NCBI GenBank assembly: GCA_963729895.1
Contig: CAVSQB010000015.1
Span: 8,549 to 72,548 of the forward strand
From: an uncultured Fibrobacterota bacterium
Lineage (GTDB): Bacteria > Fibrobacterota > Chitinivibrionia > Chitinivibrionales > FEN-1185
Direction of reading: 5' to 3'
DNA length: 64,000 nt
The translations under genes and the position numbers were made by a program. Of the stretch, positions 17,416-28,116 are shown one piece after another. Position 1 is the stretch's first letter, and each line of letters opens with the position of its first letter. The notes under the pieces were generated by a model. It made no database searches. It had not been told where the DNA came from and saw nothing but the letters and a program-made list of their open reading frames with translations.

Positions 17416-19677
17416 ATGCGCCGCCATGCCACTGGACAGGCTGGCAGCGGATTCTCACAAATGAACAGACCCTACATCAGTCAACCGGCTCCCGGCCAAA
17501 CGGGAACATCGTCACCGGCAATCCGGCGCGCCGGATCGACTATTCGCGCTTTGTACGGCTTCATCCTAGGACCGGACCACGCATCGTTCGAGCTTGAACA
17601 AAGGCTCTTTTCCTGGGTCATGTTCCTGAGCGCCATCGCCTGTCTGCTGGCATGTGCCGAAAACGTAATCCTCGCATCCAATTTCTTGTTGCAAATCGGG
17701 ACTATTGTTGCCGGTGTGCTTTTTGTCTTGTTCCTGGTCCTTGCGCGCCGCGGCATATCGTACCTGAAGCTGGTTTATCCGGCTACCGCCACGCTTGTGG
17801 GCGTCCTCTTGTTTGTCTGGGCCTGCAACGCGGGCAGCCGCGGCGGCACGCAATTCTATCTTCTTATTTGTCCGCTCGTCTTCATGGTGTTCGCCAGGGG
17901 CGCGGGACGCATCATAACCATGGGGATCTTCCTAATCGCAACGGCGTTCCTTCTGGCGCTCGAACACACCCACCCCGGCTTGATCATGGGCTATGCTTCG
18001 GAAACAGACCGTCTGGTTGACATTTCGATATCATTCTACATGGCAATGATCCTCACCGTGGCCTTTGTCCTCGTGCTCCACAAAGGATACCGCAGAGTAA
18101 TTGAAAAGTCCGAAGCGGAAAAACGCGCGAGCGACGCCCGGTTCTTCGAAACCGCCGACATGCTGCCGGTGATGATCTGCGAAACGGGCAGCGACCTTTC
18201 GATATCCTTTATCAACCGGGCAGGCTGCGCTCTCACCGGATTTGCGCAGGGCGAACTCGGCCGCGCCCACACCATGCTCGACATTATCCACGCCGACGAC
18301 CGGCCGCGGGCGGAAAGCGAATTCACGCGCACCCTTTCCGGCGAGCGCCTGCCGCTGCAGGAATTCCGGATCGTGCGCAAAGACGGAAAAACGCTTCGTA
18401 CCCTCTTGCAATGCGACCATGTCTACGCTGACAAGGGGGTGAGCGGCCTGCGGATGTGCATAGTGGACATCACGGAAAAGAAGTCACTCGAAGAGCAATA
18501 CCGGCAGGCCCAGAAAATGGAATCGGTGGGACTGCTGGCAGGGGGCGTTGCGCACGATTTCAACAACATCCTGTCCGCCATCCTCGGCTACGCATCTCTC
18601 ATCCGGATGGAGAATTCGGAACGGGAGAAAAACGGGTTTACGGCAAAACTCGACGAACAGATAACGGCCATTCTCAAAGCGGGCGACCGGGCGACCGACC
18701 TGGTGAGAAAGCTTCTGGCGTTTTCCCGGCAGGGGTCCTACAAAGTAAACCCGCTCAACATTCATACGCTCATCGACGAAGCTACGGCGCTTCTGGCCCA
18801 CAGCATCGACAGGCGGATCACCATTGCCAAACACCTCACTGCGCTCAACCCGGTCGTCTCGGGCGATCAGTCGCTTCTGCAAAGCGCGCTGCTCAACCTC
18901 GCCGTCAATGCCAGGGACGCAATGCCCGACGGCGGCACGCTCACCTTTTCCACCACAGCGGTGATGGTTGACAAACAGTTTGCGGACAAGCGGCCCTTTG
19001 CCATTGCGTTGGGGCACTACGTTGCCGTCACCGTAGCCGACACCGGCGTCGGGCTTGACGGAAACGTCAAGAAGCACCTCTTTGAGCCGTTCTTTACAAC
19101 AAAGGAGCCCGGCAAGGGCACCGGGCTCGGGCTTGCCAGCGTTTTCGGCACCGTAAAACGGCACGGCGGGTTCATCGAAGCCGAATCGGCGCCGGGCCGG
19201 GGCACGATTATGACCTTCTACCTGCCGCAGACAGCCGCGCAACCTGCTTTGGAGGCGGCCGCCCCGCCGTTGGAAAAGCCAAAGAACTCCCTGCACGTGC
19301 TGGTAGTGGACGACGAAACCATGATCTGCGATTTTGTAAAGGAGTATCTTTCCGCGGAGGGGTACCACGCCACGACGTTCTCTGACCCCCAGAAGGCCGT
19401 GGAGTGGTACCGGCGTTCATTCGCCGGCGTCGACTGCATCGTGCTTGACATGAACATGCCGGTGATGGACGGAAAGGCCTGTTTCGCCGCCATGCGAAAG
19501 ATAAATCCCCGGGCCAGGGCCATTTTCTCAACGGGCTTCATGGTGGGCGACACGGCCGCGATCATCCGCATGCCCGGCATCCGCGGATATGTCCAGAAGC
19601 CGTTCACGCTGGAAGGGCTTGTGCTGGCAATCACGCAGGCGGTTGACGGCGAGGACATAAATTCTGCAGATTCATAA
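17416..19677 (+). CDS. Hybrid sensor histidine kinase (multi-TM sensor, PAS, HisKA, HATPase, receiver)
   Basis: About six TM helices, a PAS region, H-box VAHDFNNILSAILGY, N/G boxes (NLAVNARDAMP, DTGVGLD, GTGLGLA) and a receiver domain (VLVVDDE...DMNMPVMDG...KP). The true start may be ATG 17461. Confidence 0.9.
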   Translation: MRRHATGQAGSGFSQMNRPYISQPAPGQTGTSSPAIRRAGSTIRALYGFILGPDHASFELEQRLFSWVMFLSAIACLLACAENVILASNFLLQIGTIVAGVLFVLFLVLARRGISYLKLVYPATATLVGVLLFVWACNAGSRGGTQFYLLICPLVFMVFARGAGRIITMGIFLIATAFLLALEHTHPGLIMGYASETDRLVDISISFYMAMILTVAFVLVLHKGYRRVIEKSEAEKRASDARFFETADMLPVMICETGSDLSISFINRAGCALTGFAQGELGRAHTMLDIIHADDRPRAESEFTRTLSGERLPLQEFRIVRKDGKTLRTLLQCDHVYADKGVSGLRMCIVDITEKKSLEEQYRQAQKMESVGLLAGGVAHDFNNILSAILGYASLIRMENSEREKNGFTAKLDEQITAILKAGDRATDLVRKLLAFSRQGSYKVNPLNIHTLIDEATALLAHSIDRRITIAKHLTALNPVVSGDQSLLQSALLNLAVNARDAMPDGGTLTFSTTAVMVDKQFADKRPFAIALGHYVAVTVADTGVGLDGNVKKHLFEPFFTTKEPGKGTGLGLASVFGTVKRHGGFIEAESAPGRGTIMTFYLPQTAAQPALEAAAPPLEKPKNSLHVLVVDDETMICDFVKEYLSAEGYHATTFSDPQKAVEWYRRSFAGVDCIVLDMNMPVMDGKACFAAMRKINPRARAIFSTGFMVGDTAAIIRMPGIRGYVQKPFTLEGLVLAITQAVDGEDINSADS

Positions 19678-19709
19678 GGCGCAAGAATAGATAAGGAACA
19701 GAACATAAA

Positions 19710-19893
19710 GTTGGGCGTTTCCCTCGCTTCGCTCGGGTCGGCCCTCCCGTCGGGCTCGGCTTTCAGCCTCGGTGCCGGATCGCCCCTATGCCTTCGGCGG
19801 GGCCGACCGGCACTGCTCTCCAGAGCACCTTACGGTCCTGCCTAACGCGAATTCCAAAGACCGAATAGCATTCGTCTTGCCCCCCACTGTGGC
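19710..19893. repeat. GC-rich intergenic repeat, copy B (partner at 10008-10228)
   Basis: See copy A. It begins 33 nt after the histidine-kinase stop and ends just before the stop of the convergent GH2 pseudogene. Confidence 0.75.
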
Positions 19894-19909
19894 CCGCCTG
19901 ACTCCCGCG

Positions 19910-22869
19910 TCAACGGACCACAACAACCCGCTGCGCGCACCACTCGCCTCCGTCAATGGAGTATCGCACAAGGTAAACGCCGTTGCCGCCGGCGCTGCCG
20001 GCGCAGCCGGCAAACCCTACAGAATGCCACCCTGCGGACTGCCGCAAGCCGACGGTGCGCCCGACCATCTTCCCGTTGGTTCCCAGGACTTCGATGGAAA
20101 CGTTCGCGGGCCTTCCCACGCAGTACCGCAACATGCCGCCCGCGGCGCTCAAAGCGAGGGTCTGTTTTGCAATTGCGCCTGCCCTCATCGCGGGCGCACG
20201 CACAAACACCTGGCCGGTGGAACAGGGATACGTGGTAAAGGTCGTGGTGCCCGAGCCAAGCCCCGGAGAGACAGCCGTTACCGTCACGATGCCCGGTGCG
20301 AATGTCGAGCGGACAGCCACCTTGCACATGCCGCCTTCGGCGGACAGCTCGGGATCAAGCGGCGAATGATAGTTGATGGGTTGGCCTGGGGTAACCAGCT
20401 GATCGCTCCCGCCCCGGTAGTTGCCGGGCCCCGAGACGCTGAACGTAACGAGATTGCTTGCCGTGGGGCACCAGATTCCGTTGGCGTCAACTACGGTGGC
20501 CAGGATAAACGCGGCGTCAGTGCCGTTTGCCGTGATCAGAAACGTTTCGCCGTTCGGCTTCACGAGCGGCGGCTCAACGGTAAGAAGGATATGGTCCGGA
20601 TTGCCCGCGGTCTTTTTCTCGTCGAAGCAGACCGTGTTTCCGTTTGCGTCAAGACCTTCGGCGCGAAGCGTCCCAGCCGCCCACGTCACGTTCCACGAGC
20701 ACTGAAACGGCAGCTGGTTGGTGTTCTGGTCGGTCCCGTCGCCGGTCCCGGTCCATGGATTGGGCGTCTTGATGCCCTGGCTGGTTCCGTTGATAAGCAG
20801 GTTCACGCCCCCGGACAATTGCTGAATGCGTTGACCGTCACGTTGCCTGCGCGGTTCCAGTGGTGCGCAAGGGCAACGACGGGCTTCACCGAAAACGGCG
20901 TCCACGCGGCCTCGAGGGCATAGTACATGAGTTTGGGAATGCGGTTGAAGTCCATCATGGAGGACCCGAACGAGCGCACGTTTCCTTCGGCGGTGCCGTC
21001 AAGAAACGCTCCTGACTCACCGGGTGCTTCGCACAAATACCACTGGGACAGTCCGAAGCAGTTTGCCTGTCTCCCCATTCTCCAGTTCTGGAGATACGGT
21101 CCGGCAAAGGCTAGTTCGTAGTCGTATGCAAAACGCGACGAACGGGCGCCGCCCCACGCTTCCGCGCCCCAGCACGGGGTGTTCGGGAGGCCGCTTTTCA
21201 TTGCTATTTCGCAACCGGACGAGGAACAGGAGATAATGTCCGCAATTGTCGGGTCCGCCTCGCTGCCTCCTCTGTCGGACTGCGCCCTTGTGTTGACCGA
21301 GTCCCACGTTTTTGAGATGGCCTTCAACTGGGCCGCAAACGTAGGGTCAATGGGGCCGTTGCTTACTTCCCACGCGAGAATGGAAGGATCGTTTCTGTCG
21401 CGGATGATCATGTCCCTGTGCAGCTGGCTCTTGTACGTTATCTTGGTGGCGTTCAACTGCGCCGTTGAAAACGTTCCTTCGAGCTCGCCGCTCGGCTGCA
21501 CGAGCATCACGCCGAAGGCGTCGCATGCGTGCACGAATTCGGGGCTGCTGGACGAATGGCCAGGCCTCCACATGTCGGCGCTGCAATCCGCGGCCAGCTT
21601 CACATCGCGCCACTGCTGTTCCTCGGGAACCGCGGTCCCCAGCGCCGGGTAGTCGTACCGTCCGGACACGCCCCACATATAATGCTGGTGACCGTTGATA
21701 GAGGGGAAGTTGTGGTCCCAGGTGATCACGCGGATGCCCAGCGGGCTGGAAAAGACGTCAACCGTGACTCCGCCCACCTTGACAATGTGGTACACTGTGT
21801 AAAGGTACGGCTGGCCGAACGTGCTGCCCGCAGGATACCACAAATGGGGATTCGTGATCGTGCAGTTGACATCAAACACTAGATTCGTGTCCGCGCCGAC
21901 GGTCTGGGCGTTGTCCGACGTGAACACAACGGTCTGCGTGGCGTCGACAATCTTGGTGGTGACCGTCACCGCCTGGGCGGACGCGTTGTCGTTGCGCACG
22001 TTGGTCTGCACCTTGACAACCGCCGAAGCGTCGGAGGCCGACACCGTGGCGACGTAGGTGCCCCACTGGTTCAAGACTGAATACACGTTGAGCGGCACAT
22101 GGACCTTGTCGGTGATGTGCATCCACACGGGCCTGAACAGCCCGTAGTCGCCCTGCCCGAACCTGTAGTCGATGGAAAACCCCGGATAGACAAAGAAGCC
22201 ACCGTTGCCGCTCATCCGCACCGCCAGGACATTATCGGTCCCGCCGAATTGCACATAGGGAGTAATGTCCACCACAAACCCGATGAACCCCACCACGTGC
22301 GTTGCATTGGGGTTCAGACCGTCGTTGCCCGGAAGAAACGTGCCGTTGATATACACCGCCGCGCCGAGATGAGCGCCCTCGATTTCGACAAACACCTTTC
22401 TGCCCGCATACATGTTGTCGATGGTGAAATGCTTCCGGTACCAGGAAACCCCCGCATACATGGAGCCTGTTGCGCCTCCGCCCATCTGATTATTGAACGA
22501 CTCGGTGTCGCTCTAGGTGTGCGGAATACCCACCGTGCTCCACGCCGCATCGCTGGTGGCCGGGACCTGCGCATTGTTGATGTCTCCCTTTGTGAACTTC
22601 CACGGAGTTGCCCCCAGGTTGATCTTCATCCTGTTGCTCGGCTCCGGCGTGTACGTTTCCGCAAAACACGCGGCTGCGGCCGCACACGCAAGCGCAACAA
22701 GAGCCGCTGCCGACATTCTTTTGAAGAACATGTTTCCCTCCCCTTTATTGTTTTCTTTTTGCACACCAGCAGGCGTGAGCGATAAGTCTCCATCCGGATC
22801 AGCACAAGTGCACGGACCCGTGACCTTGTCACAAAATATAATGAATAAGGGAAGGGTTGTGGTCTGCAC
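19910..22869 (-). pseudogene. Glycoside hydrolase family 2 (beta-galactosidase/glycuronidase-like) with T9SS C-terminal domain; in-frame TAG plus a homopolymer frameshift
   Basis: Signal peptide (22869-). GH2 sugar-binding and catalytic regions (WYRKHFTI..., FVEIEGAHLGAAVYINGT, ILAWEVSNGP). Ig-like modules and a T9SS-type tail (VYLVRYSIDGGEWCAQRVVVVR). An in-frame TAG sits at 22513-22515. The reading frame switches at the C5 run 20808-20812. Confidence 0.85.
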
Positions 22870-23285
22870 GGGTAAACAATGTTCACGCCAGTGAACGGAA
22901 AGGAGAAGCTAAAAGACGCTCTTGAGGCAGATGCGCAATCAACCCGTGAAAATTTCCGGCGGCAAACTACTGGAACGAGGTGCGTCCGAAAGCCGGTCGT
23001 TGGGCAAAGCCGCATCGAGTTTCGCTTTTTGCAAATGGCCGTTTATATATTGAGATGAAAGGCGCCGTGCTCAAGGAGCGTTTCACCGGTCGTAATCGCG
23101 GTCTTCGCAGCTTGCTGCGAGGTTCTTCAATCCCGGGCCGCCTGGCGCAATTTGGGATCAAAAGACGGTAACCGGTTGGGCCATTCATTCGTCAAATAAA
23201 GTGACGCTACGAAAGCAAACTTCTGCGACTGAAAGCGGAAAATGTCCTTTCAACGATGCCCATATACTTGAAAATGGAGGTGCGT

Positions 23286-23837
23286 ATGATGTCACGAATT
23301 CCTTACAGAATCGCGGCGGTCCTTGCTGTCCTGGCAGGTATCCCCCTCATTGCCTTTGCCGGCGAAGAGATGTTTGAAGGGCTCAAGATCACCGTGGATA
23401 ACAGCGGTCACATTACTTCGATGGCGGTCAGCAATCCGGGCACGTCTCTAAACATCGAATCGGAGTTTCTCTTTTCGCTCTCCCCGGAGGGAAATCCCAC
23501 AAGCGGCAAAATAACCTTTAGGGACAACGTCCAGCGTCCTATGAAGGAAGGCGAACTGACATTCTGTTTTCAACAATACGGCGCCCAAACCGCTGTGTGG
23601 GACTACTATTCACAACATGGGAAAGCAACTTCGTTCGTGATTGGAACCGACAAGGTTCCGGATGAAGCCTATGGAAAGATATCCAGGCTCACTCTTACTA
23701 GTGGAAAACAGTTCATCGGAAGGCTTGGCAAACTCAGCGACAAACCTGACGGCTTTTCGCTTGCCATAGATGGAGCAAGCGGAGGTCCGATTCAATTCTA
23801 CAACGGCGTTGTCAAAGAGATACAGCAGATGAAGTGA
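23286..23837 (+). CDS. Hypothetical secreted protein
   Basis: GGAGG lies 5 nt upstream of ATG 23286. Signal peptide MMSRIPYRIAAVLAVLAGIPLIAFA. No recognisable domain. Confidence 0.5.
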   Translation: MMSRIPYRIAAVLAVLAGIPLIAFAGEEMFEGLKITVDNSGHITSMAVSNPGTSLNIESEFLFSLSPEGNPTSGKITFRDNVQRPMKEGELTFCFQQYGAQTAVWDYYSQHGKATSFVIGTDKVPDEAYGKISRLTLTSGKQFIGRLGKLSDKPDGFSLAIDGASGGPIQFYNGVVKEIQQMK

Positions 23838-23968
23838 AGCGCCTTTCCGACCTCTTTGGTGCACACGGTCGCCCGGGGACGAATGGTGCTCAAAGCGCAA
23901 GCGCCCCCCCGTGATTCGAAAGGCATGCAATCTTCCATCGGAGCTACGCGCGAATCGCCATTCGTTGA

Positions 23969-24283
23969 TTACGGAAGTCGGTTCTTCAATTTCTTGGCCG
24001 CCTGCAAAAAGAGCCGCAACCCTGTCTTCCCCCATTGCGCCAGGGACGCAAAGAGTAACCCCACAAAACCCGCGCTTGCGCTTCCCACCGGACAACCTTG
24101 CTTGCCGCAAAAGGGGCAGACCGCGCCCATGGCGAAAAGTCCGCTAAAACCAACGAACCAGCCTGCAAACCGAAGCAGGAGTACGATTGGCGGTCTATTC
24201 CGCGAGATTCTTGTTTTACCGTCGCACTCCACTGCGGGGTGCGAAGCGTGAATGTTTGCAGATGATAATCGACGGTCGGCCAT
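23969..24283 (-). CDS. Small membrane protein with a CPFCG..GCP motif between two TM helices (hypothetical)
   Basis: The ATG lies 9 nt after the permease stop, with GAAGGA upstream. Two hydrophobic segments flank AVCPFCGKQGCPVG. Confidence 0.45.
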   Translation of the reverse strand: MADRRLSSANIHASHPAVECDGKTRISRNRPPIVLLLRFAGWFVGFSGLFAMGAVCPFCGKQGCPVGSASAGFVGLLFASLAQWGKTGLRLFLQAAKKLKNRLP

Positions 24284-24292
24284 GGAGTTCCT

Positions 24293-25234
24293 TCACGGTA
24301 TCGAAGGTGACGAAATTTCCCCGCCCTCATTATTGCGATCCAGGCCCAAACGCTTTCCCGACGCCAATCCCGCGATTTTTGCGACAGCCCAGGCACTGCC
24401 GTAGATAGCCCCAAGCAACACCACGTCCGCAGGGCCAACGGGAAAGTCCCATTTGTAAGCAATCCAAAAACCGACAAGCGACGCAATGCCTCCCAAAAAC
24501 GATGCAAACAGGAAGAATTGCCGCATGGTACGCGCAAAAAGATGCGCAGCAAGCGCCGGTATCAATAAGAATCCAAAGGAAATGAGCGGTCCGACACTAA
24601 GCACTGCCATGGAAACGGTGAGGCCAAGCAACAGGTACAAGAGAATATCCCAGAACACGACGTTTTTGCCCAAGGTCACGGCCATGACACGGTCGAAGGA
24701 GACAAGAAACAATTCCTTGTGAAACAGCGCAAGCACCGCCAGTACCAGGGCCAAGGTAAGTGCGGTAAATGCGAGATCGAAATTGGAAATGGTGATCACC
24801 TCGCCTTTAAGCAAATCGAGCCAGCCCAGCTCCGCAAAACGGTTCTTGGAAAGGATCAGGATGCTGAGCGCAGCCGAAACAACGTATGCGGTGCCGAGCC
24901 GGCCCTCCGGCAAACCGCGGCCCCGCCTTTCCAGAAACGCAAGCGCCAGAATTGCGGCAAGGGTAAGAACTATGGAACCGGCAAAGGCCACCGTATGATC
25001 GTTTTGCGTACTGCGGGAGGCTTGACTTACTCCAAACCAGAGCGGAGCGGACAGGGCAACTGCCACGCCCGTCGACGAAATCTGCGGCAAAGCCACGCCC
25101 AAAAACACCAACCGCCGCAGCACAAGAAAAGCGCCCACCAGCGGACACGCAAAGCCCACCAGGATACTCGTGTAAATCGAATTTCGTAAAAGAAAATCGG
25201 GAGATAGAATCTGCAACAGCGTTTCCATATTCAA
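24293..25234 (-). CDS. Metal (Zn/Mn-type) ABC transporter permease, ABC-3 family
   Basis: 313 aa with 8-9 TM helices. The N-terminus (ILSPDFLLRNSIYTSILVGFACPLVGAFLVLRRL) is typical of ZnuB/MntB-type permeases. It overlaps the ATPase gene by 4 nt. Confidence 0.9.
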   Translation of the reverse strand: MNMETLLQILSPDFLLRNSIYTSILVGFACPLVGAFLVLRRLVFLGVALPQISSTGVAVALSAPLWFGVSQASRSTQNDHTVAFAGSIVLTLAAILALAFLERRGRGLPEGRLGTAYVVSAALSILILSKNRFAELGWLDLLKGEVITISNFDLAFTALTLALVLAVLALFHKELFLVSFDRVMAVTLGKNVVFWDILLYLLLGLTVSMAVLSVGPLISFGFLLIPALAAHLFARTMRQFFLFASFLGGIASLVGFWIAYKWDFPVGPADVVLLGAIYGSAWAVAKIAGLASGKRLGLDRNNEGGEISSPSIP

Positions 25235-25977
25235 CCCACTTCCATTTCGAAAATCGACGCCAGGCGTTCCGGCATAAGCATTTCGGATGCCGGACCATGT
25301 ATTACCCTCCCTTGATGCAGCCAGATAACATGCTGGGCATGCTCACGGACAATCGGCAAATCGTGCGTCACCAACAGTACCGTAATTTCCTTTTCCCGGT
25401 GAAGCTTGGAAATAAATTCAAGAACTGCGCGAGTCGCCGCCGCATCAACGCCCGCGGTCGGCTCGTCGAGCACAAGAACGTCCGGTCTGGTGACAAGTGC
25501 GCGGGCAATAAGAACACGCTGCTTTTGTCCGCCCGAAAGCTCGGCAAACCGCGCTCGCGCAAAGGTCTGGGCTCCTGCCGCCTCCAGGCACTCGTGAGTG
25601 AAGGCGCGTTCCTTGGCAGATACGAACCGGCCGGGCCTGATGCGTCCGTAGGCGCCCATGAGCGCGACGTCGAAGCCGGTGAAAGGGTAGAGCGAATCGA
25701 GAGCGTTGGATTGCGGCACATAACCGAAAATCATCGGCACGCCCGGGTCCGCCGCCACCGTGATGCGCCCGGCCACCGGCGGAATCAAGCCGATGATCGT
25801 TTTGAGCATAGTTGATTTACCGGAACCGTTGGAACCGAGAATCGCGGTAAAACTTCCCCGGTTGATGGACAGGGAAATGTCGGTAAGCACGGGCTTGCCG
25901 TGGTAGCCGATGCTCAGGTGCTCAAACGTAAGTAGTGCCGAATCCATGGGCGGTATCACGCTCCTTTCACGACGCAT
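25231..25977 (-). CDS. Metal ABC transporter ATP-binding protein
   Basis: Walker A GSNGSGKST, signature LSGGQKQRV, Walker B VLVLDEP. Confidence 0.9.
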   Translation of the reverse strand: MRRERSVIPPMDSALLTFEHLSIGYHGKPVLTDISLSINRGSFTAILGSNGSGKSTMLKTIIGLIPPVAGRITVAADPGVPMIFGYVPQSNALDSLYPFTGFDVALMGAYGRIRPGRFVSAKERAFTHECLEAAGAQTFARARFAELSGGQKQRVLIARALVTRPDVLVLDEPTAGVDAAATRAVLEFISKLHREKEITVLLVTHDLPIVREHAQHVIWLHQGRVIHGPASEMLMPERLASIFEMEVG

Positions 25978-25990
25978 CCGGTTACGCGGC

Positions 25991-28009
25991 TTATTGACCC
26001 GACTTCACACTCTTCGGGACCGTGACGGTCTTTACATCCACCATAATTGAGTCAAGCTTCTTTTCGATCGTTTCTCTGACGTCCTTTTGACAGCGCCCAC
26101 CCAGGTTTGCCGCAAAAAACTTCTCCATTGCCGTGTACATGGCAATCCGGTTCTCAAGGCCCTTGTACCCGTGCCCTTCATCAGGCGCCACCATGTAGTG
26201 AACGTTCCTTCCAAGATCGCGCAAGGCAGCCACGATTTGATCGGACTCGACCTTCTTTACACGTGGATCGTTGGCGCCCTGTACCACGAAAAGCGGCGCT
26301 TTGATATTCTGTGCGGAAAAAAGCGGCGACTGCGCCTCCAGCATTTTCCGGTCGGCGGGATTATCTTTATCACCCACTCGTATCGCAAACGTTTTCTTCA
26401 TCGGCTCCCAGTAGGGCGGGATGGAATTCAAGAGCGTAATGATATTCGACGGACCCACAATATCAAATCCCGCTGCGTACAAATCGGGAGTAAAGGCCAG
26501 CCCCGCAAGCGTGGCGAACCCGCCGTACGATCCGCCCGAGATGGCCACTTTTTTGGGGTCTGCAATTCCTTGCTTAACAATAAAATCAACGCCGTCGGTG
26601 ATGTCGTTCTGCATCGATCCCGTGCCCCATTGTTTATTCCCGGCATTGAGGAATTTCTTGCCGAACCCCGTGGATCCTCTATAGTTTGGTTGAAGAACCG
26701 CATATCCCCGATTGGCGAGGAATTGCGCAACCGGATCGTATCCCCATTCGTCGCGCGCCCACGGACCGCCGTGGATAAACAAGACCGTGGGAAGCTTTTT
26801 TGCCGGAATTCCCTTCGGCAGGGTGAGATAAGCAGGAATGATCATGCCGTCGCGCGCCTTGTAACGAATCGGCTTCATCTGAACGAGTTTATCCGACGGA
26901 AGATCGGGCCTGTAAGCGTACAGAAATTCGGCCGCGCCGGTTGTTCTGTCGAAAATGTAAACCAAACCCGGGTTCACATCGCTGGTGACCGCCGCCACCC
27001 AGGTTTGCTCATCGATCGTCGTCGAAATAATGTGCAGTTCCCCGTGAGGCAGCGCCTTTTGCAAACGAGCATAATCGTCTGCGAACCGTTTCTGCTTGGG
27101 ATAGATTCGAAGGGTGTCGCCGAGATAGTACGTTGCCAGCATTTCATTGGTGACATCGGAGAAAAGGGCGTCACCAAAGTCAACCTGGTTTTCCGGGTCC
27201 TTTTCAACAAACGTCGCGATACCTGTTTTCAGGTCGTACAAATCGAGCTGGCTCAGGTCCAATTCTTTGCCTTTGTTCGTTTCGAAATAAAAGCCGTTGC
27301 AATCGGGCGTGAATCGGATCGGATTGACGGTTTCGTCGGGGCCCACCGAGTAGATCGGACGGAGTTTTTCTCCATCGATAGCAAGAACTTCGGTCCCGCC
27401 GTCGCCCGTTTGGCGAATGCCGAGCCGCAGGTCCCCGTTCAGGTCGGTTACCCACCCGGCCACGTTCTGGGTGTTCTTCCAAAGCAACTTCCGTTCTCCG
27501 GTCGTCAAGTTCAAACGGTACACGTCGTGAAGCGCCGGATCGCGGTCGTTGAGGCCGATGAGTATCTCGTTGGGGGTGTTGCGGGGGACGTCGTATATCA
27601 TCGCCCGCACTTTGTTCAGCGGCGTCAGGTCTTTTGCCGGAGGAACCGGAGTTCCCGCGGCGCGCGGGTCCACTTCGTAAATGCGAAAATTTTCGTCACC
27701 GCCCTTGTCCTGCGCGTACAGCACGTACCGGCCGTCGCGCGACCAGAAGTAACCGGTGATAGGCCGGAGACTGTCGGCGGTCAAGGGCCGCGCCTGATCG
27801 AACTTCTGCGATCTTCCCTTGATCCAGATGTTCCGCACGTTTTTGAACGGCCTCAGAAACGTAATAAACGAACCGTCAGGCGAAATCTGCGCCCCTGAAA
27901 TCTGCGGGTCGCCGAAAAAAACCTCGCGGTCGATCAGAGGCGGCAGAGCCGCGAAACAGTTTGCAAACAGGACGGTGCACAAACCGATTCCCGCAACAAT
28001 GGATTTCAT
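25991..28009 (-). CDS. S9-family serine peptidase (prolyl oligopeptidase / DPP-type: beta-propeller plus alpha/beta hydrolase), secreted
   Basis: GGAGGAG lies upstream of ATG 28009. Signal peptide, propeller region, nucleophile elbow GGSYGGFA, and a C-terminal Asp/His region (ANDPRV...EGHGY). Confidence 0.9.
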   Translation of the reverse strand: MKSIVAGIGLCTVLFANCFAALPPLIDREVFFGDPQISGAQISPDGSFITFLRPFKNVRNIWIKGRSQKFDQARPLTADSLRPITGYFWSRDGRYVLYAQDKGGDENFRIYEVDPRAAGTPVPPAKDLTPLNKVRAMIYDVPRNTPNEILIGLNDRDPALHDVYRLNLTTGERKLLWKNTQNVAGWVTDLNGDLRLGIRQTGDGGTEVLAIDGEKLRPIYSVGPDETVNPIRFTPDCNGFYFETNKGKELDLSQLDLYDLKTGIATFVEKDPENQVDFGDALFSDVTNEMLATYYLGDTLRIYPKQKRFADDYARLQKALPHGELHIISTTIDEQTWVAAVTSDVNPGLVYIFDRTTGAAEFLYAYRPDLPSDKLVQMKPIRYKARDGMIIPAYLTLPKGIPAKKLPTVLFIHGGPWARDEWGYDPVAQFLANRGYAVLQPNYRGSTGFGKKFLNAGNKQWGTGSMQNDITDGVDFIVKQGIADPKKVAISGGSYGGFATLAGLAFTPDLYAAGFDIVGPSNIITLLNSIPPYWEPMKKTFAIRVGDKDNPADRKMLEAQSPLFSAQNIKAPLFVVQGANDPRVKKVESDQIVAALRDLGRNVHYMVAPDEGHGYKGLENRIAMYTAMEKFFAANLGGRCQKDVRETIEKKLDSIMVDVKTVTVPKSVKSGQ

Positions 28010-28116
28010 CGCTCCTCCCCTTTCGTGTCGGCTAGAAAAACCTTGGCAACCGTTGCGCAACCCGCGAACAGGCCGACCCCGTTCCGATAAAAGGCCGGCC
28101 TGATCGGTAGTATCGC

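Noticed and set aside
22485-22515. In-frame TAG in the GH2 gene as programmed recoding (read-through or pyrrolysine-like).
   Set aside because: The same gene also carries a frameshift, nothing suggests a Pyl system, and TAG is one transition from the expected TGG. An ordinary nonsense mutation or sequencing error is far more likely.
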